Assembly: GCA_002269645.1 (NCBI GenBank)
Contig: NIVC01000474.1
Location: 33,006 to 97,005 of the forward strand
Direction of reading: 5' to 3'
Origin: Macrostomum lignano
Lineage: Eukaryota
Length of the DNA stretch: 64,000 nucleotides
Within the stretch, counting starts at the first letter, position 1; the number at the start of each line of letters is the position of its first letter. Shown here piece by piece: positions 61,555-64,000 of this stretch. The translations under genes and the position numbers were made by a program. The notes under the pieces are model-generated. The model was not told the DNA's origin. It did not search any database and saw only the letters and a list, made by a program, of their open reading frames with translations.

Positions 61555-64000
61555 CTTAAATGTGTGAGCAAACGAGTAAAATATTACACAGAGTTAAATA
61601 ATTTGTATTACTTTTAGGCTAAATAATATTATGTTATCAGATGCAGTAAGCTTAAGTAAATATTCAATGAAAAAAGATTAAAAAAACGAGTATTTCCATT
61701 GTTATAGAGGGAAATTAATAATAGTGAATATTGCAAAACTGTATTAATTGTCATTTAGGTCATGCGAAAACAATCTGTCTTAGTTAGGGAGCCTGTGCAT
61801 TTTTATTTAGTAAGAAAAGATTGAACATTTAACTATCAGTAGTTATTAAAATATTCGAAAATTTAAAATTTATAAAATCAAATAAGTTTATATGGTGTCT
61901 AAGAAGCATTTTTATTAGAAAAGCATGGTAAGCAATAACCAAATTAATGTTATGATACAGTATTATAGCTTTTAAGTATCAAAACATGAAAATTTCAGTT
62001 TAAAATAATTTATCAAAATTAAATTGCTTTCGAATATATGCTCTATTGAAAAATTATAGTTTTAAAGCATACAAAAATTGAAAAAACTAAATACTCAATG
62101 CTCAACTCATTAATTAATTTTAAAATTGTTAATTAATTTAAGGAAGTGTGGCACTCTCTTCAGCGCCACATAGCCTGGCAAGTGTAGCAGTCGAATTTTG
62201 CAATTTTGTGCAATTTGCAATTTTATGAAAATTGCAAAATCGAAAATTGCAATAATTGCAATAATATTAATAGTTTTAAAATTGCCAAACCATGCCAAAG
62301 CATATAAATTATGCAATATGCTCATATGTTTCAATATATACCATTAAGGGTATAAACTATGTAAAACTAAATATTCTGAAGTACTATGAAAATTAATTTT
62401 GAAATAAAAATCTTAAAATAGCACACTTGTTTTTAAAACTGTGGCAAGTGTAGCCAGTGGACAATACTTCAAGCTTCACAACTGAGAAAATAAATGAAAG
62501 AGGATGTAAAATTTGAATACAGAACTGCACACTTTTATAAGAATAAAAATGGTAATCATGCAGGTATAGTAAAACTAACTGTTAAACTTTTAAAATGTAG
62601 CCAGCCATACTACAACATTTAACATATCAGTTTATGGTCTCATAAAAGTTTCAGCCATTTCATATCAGCAGTAGCTTCAGAAACAAGTACTGGTGAGCCA
62701 GCACGGCTAAAGCAAGAGTCAAAAACAACCAGCAAATTTACATGGCATAAAGTAAATATACATAACAGTACAATTAAAAATCCAAATTTGCATAACTGGT
62801 ATGACTGCCCATACAAAAAGTGCATTCTATGGTCCTGCAGAGTATCAAAACATTTTAACTCTTTAATAGTAAATAGATATAGATTTTAGTATATTGGATT
62901 ATCATGATTAATAAGTTGCGCGTGTGTGAAATTTGCAGATCGCCAGTGTCGTCTTTTTTCTTTTCGTTTCTAATTACAAGCATTTTTTTAATTTTTAAGT
63001 TTTTTTTGTAAAAAGTATGTCCTACGTTTAAATTTCTGGTTAATCTTTTTAGCAAAAGAGTTGGCTTTGTTTAATGATGCGGATTCCGGGCTTTTTAAAG
63101 AATCGAACTCTGAGAAAGTGATTTGTTCCATTTGTTACAAGTTTCTAATGTGGACTCTACGAGGTTGCTGTTTAGATAAAATTGTACTAGCGCTTACAAT
63201 TTTATTTAAGCGACATTAAAATATAACTCAAACAGTAATACAGCGATATTGAGAAAAATGACCAAGAAGTAAAAGTTGTACCAAGTCTTTTAACGTCGTC
63301 GCTGTATTTGTGCAAATTTGGTCGTAAAGCGAGCAATATATCATTGGTTTTCCTCCTTATGGGATTTAAATAAGATGCATAAGAGCTAGGGACTAAAACT
63401 GTTGCGTTTTTTATTTTATGCAGCTTTAAAGCTTTTAAAACTGAGATCAAGCACGGAATTTACATGTAAATATAGTTGGCCATGACTAATGGCGCAAGAA
63501 ATAATAAAATATTTAGTCCTTTACAAGAAAATATTGATATACAGACAATACTAAGCTGCTAGAGTGAAAGCCACTCCTTTAAAAATTAATCCTGTATTGG
63601 CGTGGCAATGCATATTTCTAAGCACTTAGCCCAAATATTTGTTTTTACCTAACTATTTATCTCAATATGGGCCACGTAACATACGAAATCGTCGGCGTGG
63701 AAATTTTGAAGAGAAAATTTAAATCCACAGATTTTATTTTTAATTTTTTCTATTAGTTAAACATACTGAGTAATGGCAGTGGGCCACCATGGCAGTGCAG
63801 TCCTATCGATAGACTAGGCATATTGAACAGTATTATCTGAGTTTAAACGTATAAACTATGCATTTTGTTTGATATTTATTTAATTAAATTAACTGGTATA
63901 AAAGTTAGGCTAAGGCAATGTCTTTAGACTTTAGTGTTTGTTGTAGTTATATAGATATAGAAACTCAGAGCATACAAAATTATTACCACTCAGCCTTAGA

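Noticed and set aside
63202-63450. 82-aa minus-strand ORF as the first M1AP exon or a new gene
   Set aside because: AT-rich, no recognisable similarity, and no convincing phase-compatible splice to 61554; left unassigned.

Overview
This is eukaryotic (metazoan) genomic DNA: GC-rich exons with spliceosomal introns, in AT-rich sequence where most long introns carry a tandem repeat of their own. That style fits the flatworm Macrostomum lignano (inference from style only). The ORF track is unspliced and allows GTG/TTG starts, so most long ORFs are repeat or antisense artefacts; I rebuilt gene models by hand from splice sites and recalled homologue sequences. Genes from left to right: a zf-3CxxC/RTP-like protein (+); a PP1 glycogen-targeting subunit (-); an intact IS630-Tc1-mariner transposon with DD33E spacing and a left TIR expanded into a 105-bp satellite; an intronless TTLL7-like polyglutamylase (+); a 6-exon Argonaute with an intact DEDH tetrad and a GC-AG intron (-), head-to-head with translin, the C3PO subunit (+); peroxisomal Lon protease (+, 7 exons); a small secreted peptide precursor (-); a ~1370-aa secreted protein of 27 tandem fibronectin-type-I-like modules (+, two apparent 1-nt deletions); and an M1AP-like gene (-). 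The best leads are the poly-FN1-like protein, the divergent Argonaute-translin pair, the peptide precursor, the transposon TIR satellite and the membrane-anchor-less RTP-like protein. No database searches or folding computations were run.
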